Shown here one piece after another: positions 42,001 through 53,614 of a stretch of 64,000 bases of DNA. The notes below the pieces were generated by a model, which ran no database searches, was not told the DNA's origin, and saw only the letters and a list, made by a program, of their open reading frames with translations. The DNA is from Nemertoderma westbladi (Eukaryota > Animalia > Xenacoelomorpha), in the NCBI GenBank assembly GCA_032718475.1, contig JAUCBJ010003662.1, positions 33,802-97,801 of the forward strand, given 5' to 3'. The translations under genes and the position numbers were made by a program. How positions within the stretch are numbered: the first letter of the stretch is position 1; each line of letters begins with the position of its first letter.

Positions 42001-45000
42001 CTGTTCAGTTTTATAACGTGGTTCTGTTGTTTGTTTGCTCACCTGTTCAGTTGTATTACGTGGTTCTGTTGTTTGTTTGCTCACCTGTTCAGTTTTATTA
42101 CGTGGTTCTGTTGTTTGTTTTCTCACCTGTTCAGTTGTATTACGTGGTTCTGTTGTTTGTTTGCTCACCTGTTCAGTTGTATTACGTGGTTCTGTTGTTT
42201 GTTTGCTCACCTGTTCAGTTTTATTACGTGGTTCTGTTGTTTGTTTGCTCACCTGTTCAGTTTTATTACGTGGTTCTGTTGTTTGTTTGCTCACCTGTTC
42301 AGTTGTATTACGTGGTTCTGTTGTTTGTTTGCTCACCTGTTCAGTTATATTACGTGGTTCTGTTGTTTGTTTGCTCACCTGTTCAGTTTTATTACGTGGT
42401 TCTGTTGTTTGTTTGCTCACCTGTTCAGTTGTATTACGTGGTTCTGTTGTTTGTTTGCTCACCTGTTCAGTTTTATTACGTGGTTCTCTTGCTTGTTTGC
42501 TCACCTGTTCAGTTTTATTACGTGGTTCTGTTGTTTGTTTGCTCACCTGTTCAGTTGTATTACGTGGTTCTGTTGTTTGTTTGCTCACCTGTTCAGTTTT
42601 ATTACGTGGTTCTGTTGTTTGTTTGCTCACCTGTTCAGTTGTATTACGTGGTTCTGTTGTTTGTTTGCTCACCTGTTCAGTTGTATTACGTGGTTCTGTT
42701 GTTTGTTTGCTCACCTGTTCAGTTTTATTACGTGGTTCTGTTGTTTGTTTGCTCACCTGTTCAGTTTTATTACGTGGTTCTGTTGTTTGTTTGCTCACCT
42801 GTTCAGTTGTATTACGTGGTTCTGTTGTTTGTTTGCTCACCTGTTCAGTTGTATTACGTGGTTCTGTTGTTTGTTTGCTCACCTGTTCAGTTGTATTACG
42901 TGGTTCTGTTGTTTGTTTGCTCACCTGTTCAGTTTTATTACGTGGTTCTGTTGTTTGTTTGCTCACCTGTTCAGTTATATTACGTGGTTCTGTTGTTTGT
43001 TTGCTCACCTGTTCAGTTATATTACGTGGTTCTGTTGTTTGTTTGCTCACCTGTTCAGTTTTATTACGTGGTTCTGTTGTTTGTTTGCTCACCTGTTCAG
43101 TTGTATTACGTGGTTCTGTTGTTTGTTTGCTCACCTGTTCCGTTATATTACGTGGTTCTGTTGTTTGTTTGCTCACCTGTTCAGTTGTATTACGTGGTTC
43201 TGTTGTTTGTTTGCTCACCTGTTCAGTTTTATTACGTGGTTCTGTTGTTTGTTTGCTCACCTGTTCAGTTGTATTACGTGGTTCTGTTGTTTGTTTGCTC
43301 ACCTGTTCAGTTTTATTACGTGGTTCTCTTGCTTGTTTGCTCACCTGTTCAGTTTTATAACGTGGTTCTGTTGTTTGTTTGCTCACCTGTTCAGTTGTAT
43401 TACGTGGTTCTGTTGTTTGTTTGCTCACCTGTTCAGGTTTTTTTACGTGGTTCTGTTGTTTGTTTGCTCACCTGTTCAGTTGTATTACGTGGTTCTGTTG
43501 TTTGTTTGCTCACCTGTTCAGTTGTATTACGTGGTTCTGTTGTTTGTTTGCTCACCTGTTCAGTTGTATTACGTGGTTCTGTTGTTTGTTTGCTCACCTG
43601 TTCAGTTTTATTACGTGGTTCTGTTGTTTGTTTGCTCACCTGTTCAGTTGTATTACGTGGTTCTGTTGTTTGTTTGCTCACCTGTTCAGTTGTATTACGT
43701 GGTTCTGCTGTTTGTTTGCTCACCTGTTCAGTTGTTTTACGTGGTTCTGTTGTTTGTTTGCTCACCTGTTCAGTTTTATTACGTGGTTCTGTTGTTTGTT
43801 TGCTCACCTGTTCAGTTGTATTACGTGGTTCTGTTGTTTGTTTGCTCACCTGTTCAGTTGTATTACGTGGTTCTGTTGTTTGTTTGCTCACCTGTTCAGT
43901 TTTATTACGTGGTTCTGTTGTTTGTTTGCTCACCTGTTCAGTTTTATTACGTGGTTCTGTTGTTTGTTTGCTCACCTGTTCAGTTGTATTACGTGGTTCT
44001 GTTGTTTGTTTGCTCACCTGTTCAGTTGTATTACGTGGTTCTGTTGTTTGTTTGCTCACCTGTTCAGTTTTATTACGTGGTTCTGTTGTTTGTTTGCTCA
44101 CCTGTTCAGTTTTATTACGTGGTTCTGTTGTTTGTTTGCTCACCTGTTCAGTTGTATTACGTGGTTCTGTTGTTTGTTTGCTCACCTGTTCAGTTGTATT
44201 ACGTGGTTCTGTTGTTTGTTTGCTCACCTGTTCAGTTTTATTACGTGGTTCTGTTGTTTGTTTGCTCACCTGTTCAGTTTTATTACGTGGTTCTGTTGTT
44301 TGTTTGCTCACCTGTTCAGTTGTATTACGTGGTTCTGTTGTTTGTTTGCTCACCTGTTCAGTTGTATTACGTGGTTCTGTTGTTTGTTTGCTCACCTGTT
44401 CAGTTGTATTACGTGGTTCTGTTGTTTGTTTGCTCACCTGTTCAGTTTTATTACGTGGTTCTGTTGTTTGTTTGCTCACCTGTTCAGTTATATTACGTGG
44501 TTCTGTTGTTTGTTTGCTCACCTGTTCAGTTATATTACGTGGTTCTGTTGTTTGTTTGCTCACCTGTTCAGTTTTATTACGTGGTTCTGTTGTTTGTTTG
44601 CTCACCTGTTCAGTTGTATTACGTGGTTCTGTTGTTTGTTTGCTCACCTGTTCCGTTATATTACGTGGTTCTGTTGTTTGTTTGCTCACCTGTTCAGTTG
44701 TATTACGTGGTTCTGTTGATTGTTTGCTCACCTGTTCAGTTTTATTACGTGGTTCTGTTGTTTGTTTGCTCACCTGTTCAGTTGTATTACGTGGTTCTGT
44801 TGTTTGTTTGCTCACCTGTTCAGTTTTATTACGTGGTTCTCTTGCTTGTTTGCTCACCTGTTCAGTTTTATAACGTAGTTCTGTTGTTTGTTTGCTCACC
44901 TGTTCAGTTGTATTACGTGGTTCTGTTGTTTGTTTGCTCACCTGTTCAGGTTTTTTTTACGTGGTTCTGTTGTTTGTTTGCTCACCTGTTCAGTTGTATT

Positions 45001-48000
45001 ACGTGGTTCTGTTGTTTGTTTGCTCACCTGTTCAGTTGTATTACGTGGTTCTGTTGTTTGTTTGCTCATCTGTTCAGTTGTATTACGTGGTTCTGTTGTT
45101 TGTTTGCTCACCTGTTCAGTTTTATTACGTGGTTCTGTTGTTTGTTTGCTCACCTGTTCAGTTGTATTACGTGGTTCTGTTGTTTGTTTGCTCACCTGTT
45201 CAGTTGTATTACGTGGTTCTGCTGTTTGTTTGCTCACCTGTTCAGTTATATTACGTGGTTCTGTTGTTTGTTTGCTCACCTGTTCAGTTTTATTACGTGG
45301 TTCTGTTGTTTGTTTGCTCACCTGTTCAGTTGTATTACGTGGTTCTGTTGTTTGTTTGCTCACCTGTTCCGTTATATTACGTGGTTCTGTTGTTTGTTTG
45401 CTCACCTGTTCAGTTGTATTACGTGGTTCTGTTGATTGTTTGCTCACCTGTTCAGTTTTATTACGTGGTTCTGTTGTTTGTTTGCTCACCTGTTCAGTTG
45501 TATTACGTGGTTCTGTTGTTTGTTTGCTCACCTGTTCAGTTTTATTACGTGGTTCTCTTGCTTGTTTGCTCACCTGTTCAGTTTTATAACGTGGTTCTGT
45601 TGTTTGTTTGCTCACCTGTTCAGTTGTATTACGTGGTTCTGTTGTTTGTTTGCTCACCTGTTCAGGTTTTTTTTACGTGGTTCTGTTGTTTGTTTGCTCA
45701 CCTGTTCAGTTGTATTACGTGGTTCTGTTGTTTGTTTGCTCACCTGTTCAGTTGTATTACGTGGTTCTGTTGTTTGTTTGCTCATCTGTTCAGTTGTATT
45801 ACGTGGTTCTGTTGTTTGTTTGCTCACCTGTTCAGTTTTATTACGTGGTTCTGTTGTTTGTTTGCTCACCTGTTCAGTTGTATTACGTGGTTCTGTTGTT
45901 TGTTTGCTCACCTGTTCAGTTGTATTACGTGGTTCTGTTGTTTGTTTGCTCACCTGTTCAGTTTTATTACGTGGTTCTGTTGTTTGTTTGCTCACCTGTT
46001 CAGTTGTATTACGTGGTTCTGTTGTTTGTTTGCTCACCTGTTCAGTTGTATTACGTGGTTCTGCTGTTTGTTTGCTCACCTGTTTAGTTGTTTTACGTGG
46101 TTCTGTTGTTTGTTTGCTCAACTGTTCAGTTTTATTACGTGGTTCTGTTGTTTGTTTGCTCACCTGTTCAGTTGTATTACGTGGTTCTGTTGTTTGTTTG
46201 CTCACCTGTTCAGTTGTATTACGTGGTTCTGTTGTTTGTTTGCTCACCTGTTCAGTTTTATTACGTGGTTCTGTTGTTTGTTTGCTCACCTGTTCAGTTT
46301 TATTACGTGGTTCTGTTGTTTGTTTGCTCACCTGTTCAGTTGTATTACGTGGTTCTGTTGTTTGTTTGCTCACCTGTTCAGTTGTATTACGTGGTTCTGT
46401 TGTTTGTTTGCTCACCTGTTCAGTTTTATTACGTGGTTCTGTTGTTTGTTTGCTCACCTGTTCAGTTTTATTACGTGGTTCTGTTGTTTGTTTGCTCACC
46501 TGTTCAGTTGTATTACGTGGTTCTGTTGTTTGTTTGCTCACCTGTTCAGTTGTATTACGTGGTTCTGTTGTTTGTTTGCTCACCTGTTCAGTTTTATTAC
46601 GTGGTTCTGTTGTTTGTTTGCTCACCTGTTCAGTTTTATTACGTGGTTCTGTTGTTTGTTTGCTCACCTGTTCAGTTGTATTACGTGGTTCTGTTGTTTG
46701 TTTGCTCACCTGTTCAGTTGTATTACGTGGTTCTGTTGTTTGTTTGCTCACCTGTTCAGTTGTATTACGTGGTTCTGTTGTTTGTTTGCTCACCTGTTCA
46801 GTTTTATTACGTGGTTCTGTTGTTTGTTTGCTCACCTGTTCAGTTATATTACGTGGTTCTGTTGTTTGTTTGCTCACCTGTTCAGTTATATTACGTGGTT
46901 CTGTTGTTTGTTTGCTCACCTGTTCAGTTTTATTACGTGGTTCTGTTGTTTGTTTGCTCACCTGTTCAGTTGTATTACGTGGTTCTGTTGTTTGTTTGCT
47001 CACCTGTTCCGTTATATTACGTGGTTCTGTTGTTTGTTTGCTCACCTGTTCAGTTGTATTACGTGGTTCTGTTGATTGTTTGCTCACCTGTTCAGTTTTA
47101 TTACGTGGTTCTGTTGTTTGTTTGCTCACCTGTTCAGTTGTATTACGTGGTTCTGTTGTTTGTTTGCTCACCTGTTCAGTTTTATTACGTGGTTCTCTTG
47201 CTTGTTTGCTCACCTGTTCAGTTTTATAACGTGGTTCTGTTGTTTGTTTGCTCACCTGTTCAGTTGTATTACGTGGTTCTGTTGTTTGTTTGCTCACCTG
47301 TTCAGGTTTTTTTTACGTGGTTCTGTTGTTTGTTTGCTCACCTGTTCAGTTGTATTACGTGGTTCTGTTGTTTGTTTGCTCACCTGTTCAGTTGTATTAC
47401 GTGGTTCTGTTGTTTGTTTGCTCATCTGTTCAGTTGTATTACGTGGTTCTGTTGTTTGTTTGCTCACCTGTTCAGTTTTATTACGTGGTTCTGTTGTTTG
47501 TTTGCTCACCTGTTCAGTTGTATTACGTGGTTCTGTTGTTTGTTTGCTCACCTGTTCAGTTGTATTACGTGGTTCTGCTGTTTGTTTGCTCACCTGTTTA
47601 GTTGTTTTACGTGGTTCTGTTGTTTGTTTGCTCAACTGTTCAGTTTTATTACGTGGTTCTGTTGTTTGTTTGCTCACCTGTTCAGTTGTATTACGTGGTT
47701 CTGTTGTTTGTTTGCTCACCTGTTCAGTTGTATTACGTGGTTCTGTTGTTTGTTTGCTCACCTGTTCAGTTTTATTACGTGGTTCTGTTGTTTGTTTGCT
47801 CACCTGTTCAGTTTTATTACGTGGTTCTGTTGTTTGTTTGCTCACCTGTTCAGTTGTATTACGTGGTTCTGTTGTTTGTTTGCTCACCTGTTTAGTTTTT
47901 GTTTGCTCACCTGTTCAGTTTTATTACGTGGTTCTGTTGTTTGTTTACTCACCTGTTTAGTTTTTGTTTGCTCACTTGTTCAGTTGTATTACGTGGTTCT

Positions 48001-49281
48001 GTTGTTTGTTTGCTCACCTGTTCAGTTTTATTACGTGGTTCTGTTGTTTGTTTGCTCACCTGTTCAGTTTTATTACGTGGTTCTGTTGTTTGTTTGCTCA
48101 CCTGTTCAGTTGTATTACGTGGTTCTGTTGTTTGTTTGCTCACCTGTTCAGTTTTATTACGTGGTTCTGTTGTTTGTTTGCTCACCTGTTCAGTTGTATT
48201 ACGTGGTTCTGTTGTTTGTTTGCTCACCTGTTCAGTTGTATTACGTGGTTCTGTTGTTTGTTTGCTCACCTGTTCAGTTTTATTACGTGGTTCTGTTGTT
48301 TGTTTGCTCACCTGTTCAGTTTTATTACGTGGTTCTGTTGTTTGTTTGCTCACCTGTTCAGTTGTATTACGTGGTTCTGTTGTTTGTTTGCTCACCTGTT
48401 CAGTTGTATTACGTGGTTCTGTTGTTTGTTTGCTCACCTGTTCAGTTGTATTACGTGGTTCTGTTGTTTGTTTGCTCACCTGTTCAGTTTTATTACGTGG
48501 TTCTGTTGTTTGTTTGCTCACCTGTTCAGTTATATTACGTGGTTCTGTTGTTTGTTTGCTCACCTGTTCAGTTATATTACGTGGTTCTGTTGTTTGTTTG
48601 CTCACCTGTTCAGTTTTATTACGTGGTTCTGTTGTTTGTTTGCTCACCTGTTCAGTTGTATTACGTGGTTCTGTTGTTTGTTTGCTCACCTGTTCCGTTA
48701 TATTACGTGGTTCTGTTGTTTGTTTGCTCACCTGTTCAGTTGTATTACGTGGTTCTGTTGTTTGTTTGCTCACCTGTTCAGTTTTATTACGTGGTTCTGT
48801 TGTTTGTTTGCTCACCTGTTCAGTTGTATTACGTGGTTCTGTTGTTTGTTTGCTCACCTGTTCAGTTTTATTACGTGGTTCTCTTGCTTGTTTGCTCACC
48901 TGTTCAGTTTTATAACGTGGTTCTGTTGTTTGTTTGCTCACCTGTTCAGTTGTATTACGTGGTTCTGTTGTTTGTTTGCTCACCTGTTCAGTTATATTAC
49001 GTGGTTCTGTTGTTTGTTTGCTCACCTGTTCAGTTTTATTACGTGGTTCTGTTGTTTGTTTGCTCACCTGTTCAGTTTTATTACGTGGTTCTGTTGTTTG
49101 TTTGCTCACCTGTTCAGTTGTATTACGTGGTTCTGTTGTTTGTTTGCTCACCTGTTCAGTTTTATTACGTGGTTCTGTTGTTTGTTTGCTCACCTGTTCA
49201 GTTTTATTACGTGGTTCTGTTGTTTGTTTGCTCACCTGTTCAGTTATATTACGTGGGTCTGTTGTTTGTTTGCTCACCTGT
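1..49281 (+). repeat. 42-bp tandem satellite/minisatellite array, left arm (runs off the window start)
   Basis: Continuous head-to-tail copies of TGTTTGTTTGCTCACCTGTTCAGTT(G/T/A)TATTACGTGGTTCTGT (21 T, 10 G, 7 C, 4 A in the G allele). All copies are in one orientation. Interspersed length variants of 23, 27, 41, 43-45 and 48 bp occur. Confidence 0.99.
49277..49281 (+). other. Target-site duplication CCTGT (partner at 56123-56127)
   Basis: Uninterrupted copies of the same monomer context (e.g. 241-292) contain CCTGT once, while the insertion has it on both sides. Confidence 0.95.
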
Positions 49282-49812
49282 TGTGACGGGATCTACGGAT
49301 CCCGGTTTATCCGTTGGGTTTTCTATCCACGCGTACCCGCCGTGTGTGAAAGGTAAAAGAGTTCTGATGTTGGGTAATATGTATAAAGGTATAATAGTCT
49401 GATAGTTGATATAGTATAGTATGACACAACAGGTAATATATAATGGCGGTAGCGGACGGTGATAGAAGTCACCGTTCCACCCTACTGAACTAACTGAGTA
49501 AACTAAACTGATATGATTACAGGTTACTGGTTATATTGCACGGTGGCCTTATTGCTACTCAATCGATGCCTTTCCCCCCTCTGATTGGTTGATACCCCTG
49601 TTGGCACCCTTTGGAGTGTTTCCCTTCACTCCCTGTGTTCTCTCTCGGTTAGGGGTTTGGCCCCTGACCCCTATTGTGTGTGTCTCCTTTGGGGCCTATT
49701 ATCTCCGTTTACTGGGCTGACACGAGGTTGATTGGTAATCAACCTCGTGCTCCCAATATTGCTTTATGGCTCACTCTATGGGTTTGTGTTAGCGGAATTG
49801 GATAAGCTAACA
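49282..49812 (-). repeat. 3' LTR (531 bp)
   Basis: 529/531 identical to the other LTR by eye. Immediately preceded on the minus strand by the PPT. Confidence 0.97.
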
Positions 49813-49822
49813 CTCCCCCCCC
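49813..49822 (-). promoter_or_regulatory. Polypurine tract (GGGGGGGGAG)
   Basis: Minus strand reads ATGGGGGGGGAG|TGTTAGC, directly abutting the 3' LTR. This fixes the element orientation. Confidence 0.9.
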
Positions 49823-50320
49823 ATGCTATCTTCCCGGTGAGAAGATAGCATCCAACTAAAGTGCGCTACAATTCCGCTGGATCCCGATCTAGCATCGGGT
49901 GTGGGGTGGGTATATTTTTTCTTTCGGAGTCGGCTTTCCAGGCCGCTCCCTATGGGTATGATGTCACTACCCTCTGGCGTCTCGTGTCGGGCCGATCGTG
50001 CGCTTCTCTCACACAATTTTTGTTTCCCCAACACTCTCACCACTCTTAACTCCGCTCTCTGACTCAACTCGCTCTTACCCTCTCCCCACACCTGAATCGC
50101 ACTCCTCTCTCTCGCCAACAGTTCCTCTCACTATCTCCTCTCTAATCTCTGCCACTCTCTAAGGCCCTGACCTCTAATGCTACCCCTGTGCTATCATACT
50201 ATCTACCTACTACTCACTTGCTAACTATCTAACTCTCTTACTAACTCTAACTATCTCTCTAAGCCTACTAACTTTAACTCTAACTCTTTACTAAGTCTAA
50301 CTAACTCCTACTAACTCTTT

Positions 50321-50432
50321 ACTTCTACTAACTCTCTTGACTCCTCTAAGTCTACCAACTCCGCTAACTAGCTCTCTACTTCTACTAACTCTCTTGACTC
50401 CTCTAAGTCTACCAACTCCGCTAACTAGCTCT
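50321..50432. repeat. 57-bp-period direct tandem duplication
   Basis: ACTTCTACTAACTCTCTTGACTCCTCTAAGTCTACCAACTCCGCTAACTAGCTCT at 50321 and 50378. Confidence 0.9.
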
Positions 50433-50460
50433 ACTAACTCTACTCCACTCTTCTAACTAT

Positions 50461-51105
50461 GTGGCGCTTGCGGTGCCCACAACCACTTACTATCTGGCAC
50501 CATATGTGCCCGTCTCTACTATTCTACTACCTGGCACCCTATGTGCCCTCACTATTACACTACTACCTCTCTAACTCTACTACCTGGCACCCTATGTGCC
50601 CTCTCTACTACCCTACTCTATCTCTAACTCTCTAACTCTACTACCTGGCACCCTATGTGCCCTGTCTACTACTCTACTCTATCTCTAACTTACCTCCTTT
50701 ACATCTACTCCCTTTACGTCTACTCGCCTACACGTGACGCTCTGAGTGCCGGCAGAGTGGGTACGTTAATCATGTGAACTACTACTAACTCTTACTAACT
50801 CTACTTCTAACTCTCTCTAACTCTCTACTAACTCTCTACTAACTCTCTTAACTCTCTACTCTTCTACTTACGTGGTGCTTGCGGTGCCCACAACCACTCT
50901 ACTATCTGGCACCCTATGTGCCCTTCTACTACTCAACTACCTCCACTACTAACTCCTTTTGTGCCCGGCACCTCTCGTGCCCGGCACCCACCCTAATTAA
51001 CATACCCTGCTCTAACATCAAACACGTCATCACGCCCGTGCCCCATTAAGTTCAACGCATTCCCTACTAACTCTAACTACGTGGCGCTTACGGTGCCCAC
51101 AACCT
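50461..51105. repeat. Dispersed hairpin repeats GGCAC-N5/6-GTGCC (about 6 copies) and GTGGYGCTTRCGGTGCCCACAACC (3 copies)
   Basis: GGCAC(C)CTATGTGCC-type copies near 50496, 50533, 50586, 50647, 50907 and 50967. The second motif is at 50461, 50872 and 51081. Confidence 0.88.
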
Positions 51106-51130
51106 CTACTGCTCTACTACTTCCTAACTA

Positions 51131-51770
51131 GCGGTACTTACGTACCCTCTAACTCTAACTAGGTACTACGTACCTATTAACTCTAACTCTAACTAGGTAC
51201 CACGTACCTACTGACTCTCTAACTAACTCTAGGTACTACGTACCTACTAACTCTAACTCTAACTAGCGGTACTACGTACCCACTAACTCTAACTCTAACT
51301 AGCGGTACTACGTACCCTCTAACTATAACTCTAACTAGCGGTACTACGTACCCTCTAACTCTAACTAGCGGTACTACGTACCCTCTAACTCTAACTCTAA
51401 CTAGCGGTACTACGTACCCTCTAACTCTAACTCTAACTAGCGGTACTACGTACCCTCTAACTCTAACTCTAACTAGCGGTACTACGTACCCTCTAACTCT
51501 AACTCTAACTAGCGGTACTACGTACCCTCTAACTCTAACTAACTCTAGGTACTACGTACCTACTAACTCTCTAACTCTAGGTACTACGTACCTACTAACT
51601 CTAACTCTGACTAGGTACTACGTACCTACTAACTCTCTAGCTCTCTCTACTAGCTAGCGGTACTACGTACCTTCTTACTCTTACTAAATACTAACTCTCT
51701 CTCTCTTACTAACCGGTACTACGTACCCTTTAACTCTTACTCTCTCTAACTAATGGTACTGCGTACCCTC
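51131..51770. repeat. Internal tandem array of about 18 GGTAC-TAC-GTACC mini-hairpins spaced by (CTCTAA)n
   Basis: 36-bp units CTAGCGGTACTACGTACCCTCTAACTCTAACTCTAA start at 51365, 51401, 51437, 51473 and 51509 (the last with a divergent tail). TAGGTACTACGTACCTA variants flank them. Confidence 0.92.
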
Positions 51771-51827
51771 TAACTACTCTAACTGACTAACTAACTAACT
51801 CTTACTACCTAACTTACTTCTACCTAC

Positions 51828-51848
51828 TTTATTATTTAATTATTTATT
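51828..51848 (-). terminator. Two AATAAA hexamers just after the gag stop (candidate internal poly(A) signal)
   Basis: + strand TTTATT at 51828-51833 and 51843-51848, 9-29 nt beyond the TAA at 51857. The context is AT-rich, so this could be chance. Confidence 0.4.
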
Positions 51849-51856
51849 GTTTTTAA

Positions 51857-53614
51857 TTAAATAATTATTTTATATTTTGTGCGTGGGAAGGGCGTATCGC
51901 CCTCATTCCCACCCCCCTCAGTCCAAAACTTTGGACGACTAAAAACTCTCACGTGCCCCTTCTTCCGGTAGGCACTCTCCTGCTGCTCTCCTATACGTCC
52001 TTTAACTCTTCGCCACACTCTCTTCGGTGCTACCTTTGCTGGCCTCCCCCTTCGTATGTGCGCTGGCATTAAAGCCCTCGACGACCCCCACTCGTCCCTC
52101 GGTATACGCGGTGTCTGCCCATGTAATGCCCCCCCGCACTGTGTCAGCCCTGCGTGTGTATGCAACACGCCTCCTTCTACTTTCCCGACTCCTTTGCTCA
52201 TGGACTTCTCTACCCCTGGTTTAGTCCTTTCACATCCTCTCCCTTTCCAACACTCTCCGGATCTGTGTCCTTTTACCACACATCGATGACATAGTCCGTT
52301 TGCGTCTGTGTAGGCTACACGATCTCGTTTGGGCAACGCTCGCCAGTACTTGCAACTCCTGGTCTTATGGGTTCCGTCCCGATGTAATTGACATTGGAAT
52401 CCTGGATTATAGCGTTTCCTGTATAGTCCTTCACGTATCGCGCTTAGGTTTATATGTACCGATTTAATGTTTTGGTTGTCTAGACTCGGCCTACTGGGTA
52501 TATTGGGATTGTTTTTATTTACGGTGTTATTTTCTTTCTGTCCCTGCCACGGTGTGGCCCTCCTACCACCTTGTATGGCCGCGTGTGGTAGCGACTGTCC
52601 GCACGACCTTCTTCTGTCCAAGGGGTCCGATGTTCTGGCTCCTACTGGGGTATATTGTTGATATTGTGATGGGGGAATGTCACCCTGTCCCCCCCCAGCC
52701 GGTATGTTTGGTACTGGGGTTGATGTTAATGTATTGGGGCCCATACATCTATCTCCAATAACTCTCCCATCCCCTGGATATATGTTATGTCCCTGTGTAT
52801 TATAGTCATGCTGCTGTACCGATATAGGCCTACCCAGTTCTTGCCTACCTACCGGTATGTACTCCGCGGCTCCCGGGTTTAACCCCGTCGCTCGCGCTAC
52901 CCTATCGCCTACTCTATCTCTCCCAGCATGGCCTATAATAGTATGTGCAGTAAGGCCTACAGTATGTCCTGCAGTCTGCATGTGCCCTTCCGAACCGAAG
53001 TTTATTCTTCGCGAATCTCGAATCTCCCCGCGACTACTGCACTCGCGATCGGCAGCTATATCCCGTCGGGAAGCTTCTCTTCGATCCCATCTCCTGTTCT
53101 CGACTTTGTATTGGTACCTCCTGTACCCCTCTCTTGGCGTGCGGTGCGTTTCTCCGGGGCGACGGCAATCTCCCGAAGTTCGACCCCACTGGCTCCCTGA
53201 CTCCATCTCTACTGTCGACGGTCCGTTATCCGTCCTCGCACTGCTATCGTTCGTGGCGACACTTCTTCTACTATCTTCTCTTCTTCTCTTTTCTGTGTAG
53301 TATTCCGGCTCGTGAGGTCTCTCGTCGACCTCCCGGTTAAACTCCACTGTTCTTCTTCCCTCTTCTGGTCGGGCTCGACGCTTCGCCTGCCCTCTCGCGA
53401 TGCCAACCTGCCTCTCTCTGCTCGATCGCACGCCGCTGGGGATACTCGCAATCCCCCTATTACTCTCCGTCGCCGGGTGTTGCAGTTTACCTGGTTCGGC
53501 CCGCGCATTATCCGCTGACGGCTGTGGGACACTCTCTGCCCCCCCCTCTCTCTCTACTAACTTCTCGCGGTGGGGTGCCCGTAGCCCCCCCCCACCCGCC
53601 ACTTCTAACTTCAC
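51857..53614 (-). CDS. gag: Gag-like polyprotein, C-terminal part with two zinc knuckles and a basic tail
   Basis: CQLHRDGTHKTRSC (CX2HX4HX4C), a 20-aa linker ending in L, then CHRCVVKGHRSGEC (CX2CX4HX4C), at 52250-52393. Lies in the +1 frame relative to ORF1 and overlaps it. No early ATG of its own. Confidence 0.8.
   Translation of the reverse strand: MKLEVAGGGGLRAPHREKLVEREGGAESVPQPSADNARAEPGKLQHPATESNRGIASIPSGVRSSRERQVGIARGQAKRRARPEEGRRTVEFNREVDERPHEPEYYTEKRRREDSRRSVATNDSSARTDNGPSTVEMESGSQWGRTSGDCRRPGETHRTPREGYRRYQYKVENRRWDRREASRRDIAADRECSSRGEIRDSRRINFGSEGHMQTAGHTVGLTAHTIIGHAGRDRVGDRVARATGLNPGAAEYIPVGRQELGRPISVQQHDYNTQGHNIYPGDGRVIGDRCMGPNTLTSTPVPNIPAGGGQGDIPPSQYQQYTPVGARTSDPLDRRRSCGQSLPHAAIQGGRRATPWQGQKENNTVNKNNPNIPSRPSLDNQNIKSVHINLSAIREGLYRKRYNPGFQCQLHRDGTHKTRSCKYWRALPKRDRVAYTDANGLCHRCVVKGHRSGECWKGRGCERTKPGVEKSMSKGVGKVEGGVLHTHAGLTQCGGALHGQTPRIPRDEWGSSRALMPAHIRRGRPAKVAPKRVWRRVKGRIGEQQESAYRKKGHVRVFSRPKFWTEGGGNEGDTPFPRTKYKIII

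Noticed and set aside
1-49281. CRISPR array
   Set aside because: There are no unique spacers and no cas genes. The monomers are directly adjacent.
49807-50118. 103-aa minus-strand ORF before the PPT as a possible env or integrase remnant
   Set aside because: It is short, starts at a non-ATG codon, and shows no recognisable motif or transmembrane segment.
51140-51620. (TTAGAG)n as true telomeric repeat
   Set aside because: It occurs only as 1-3 units between hairpins inside the retroelement and is not TTAGGG or TTAGG.
51131-51770. CRISPR-like palindromic repeat-spacer array inside the element
   Set aside because: The spacers are low-complexity CTCTAA repeats rather than unique sequences, and the repeats are only 13-17 bp.
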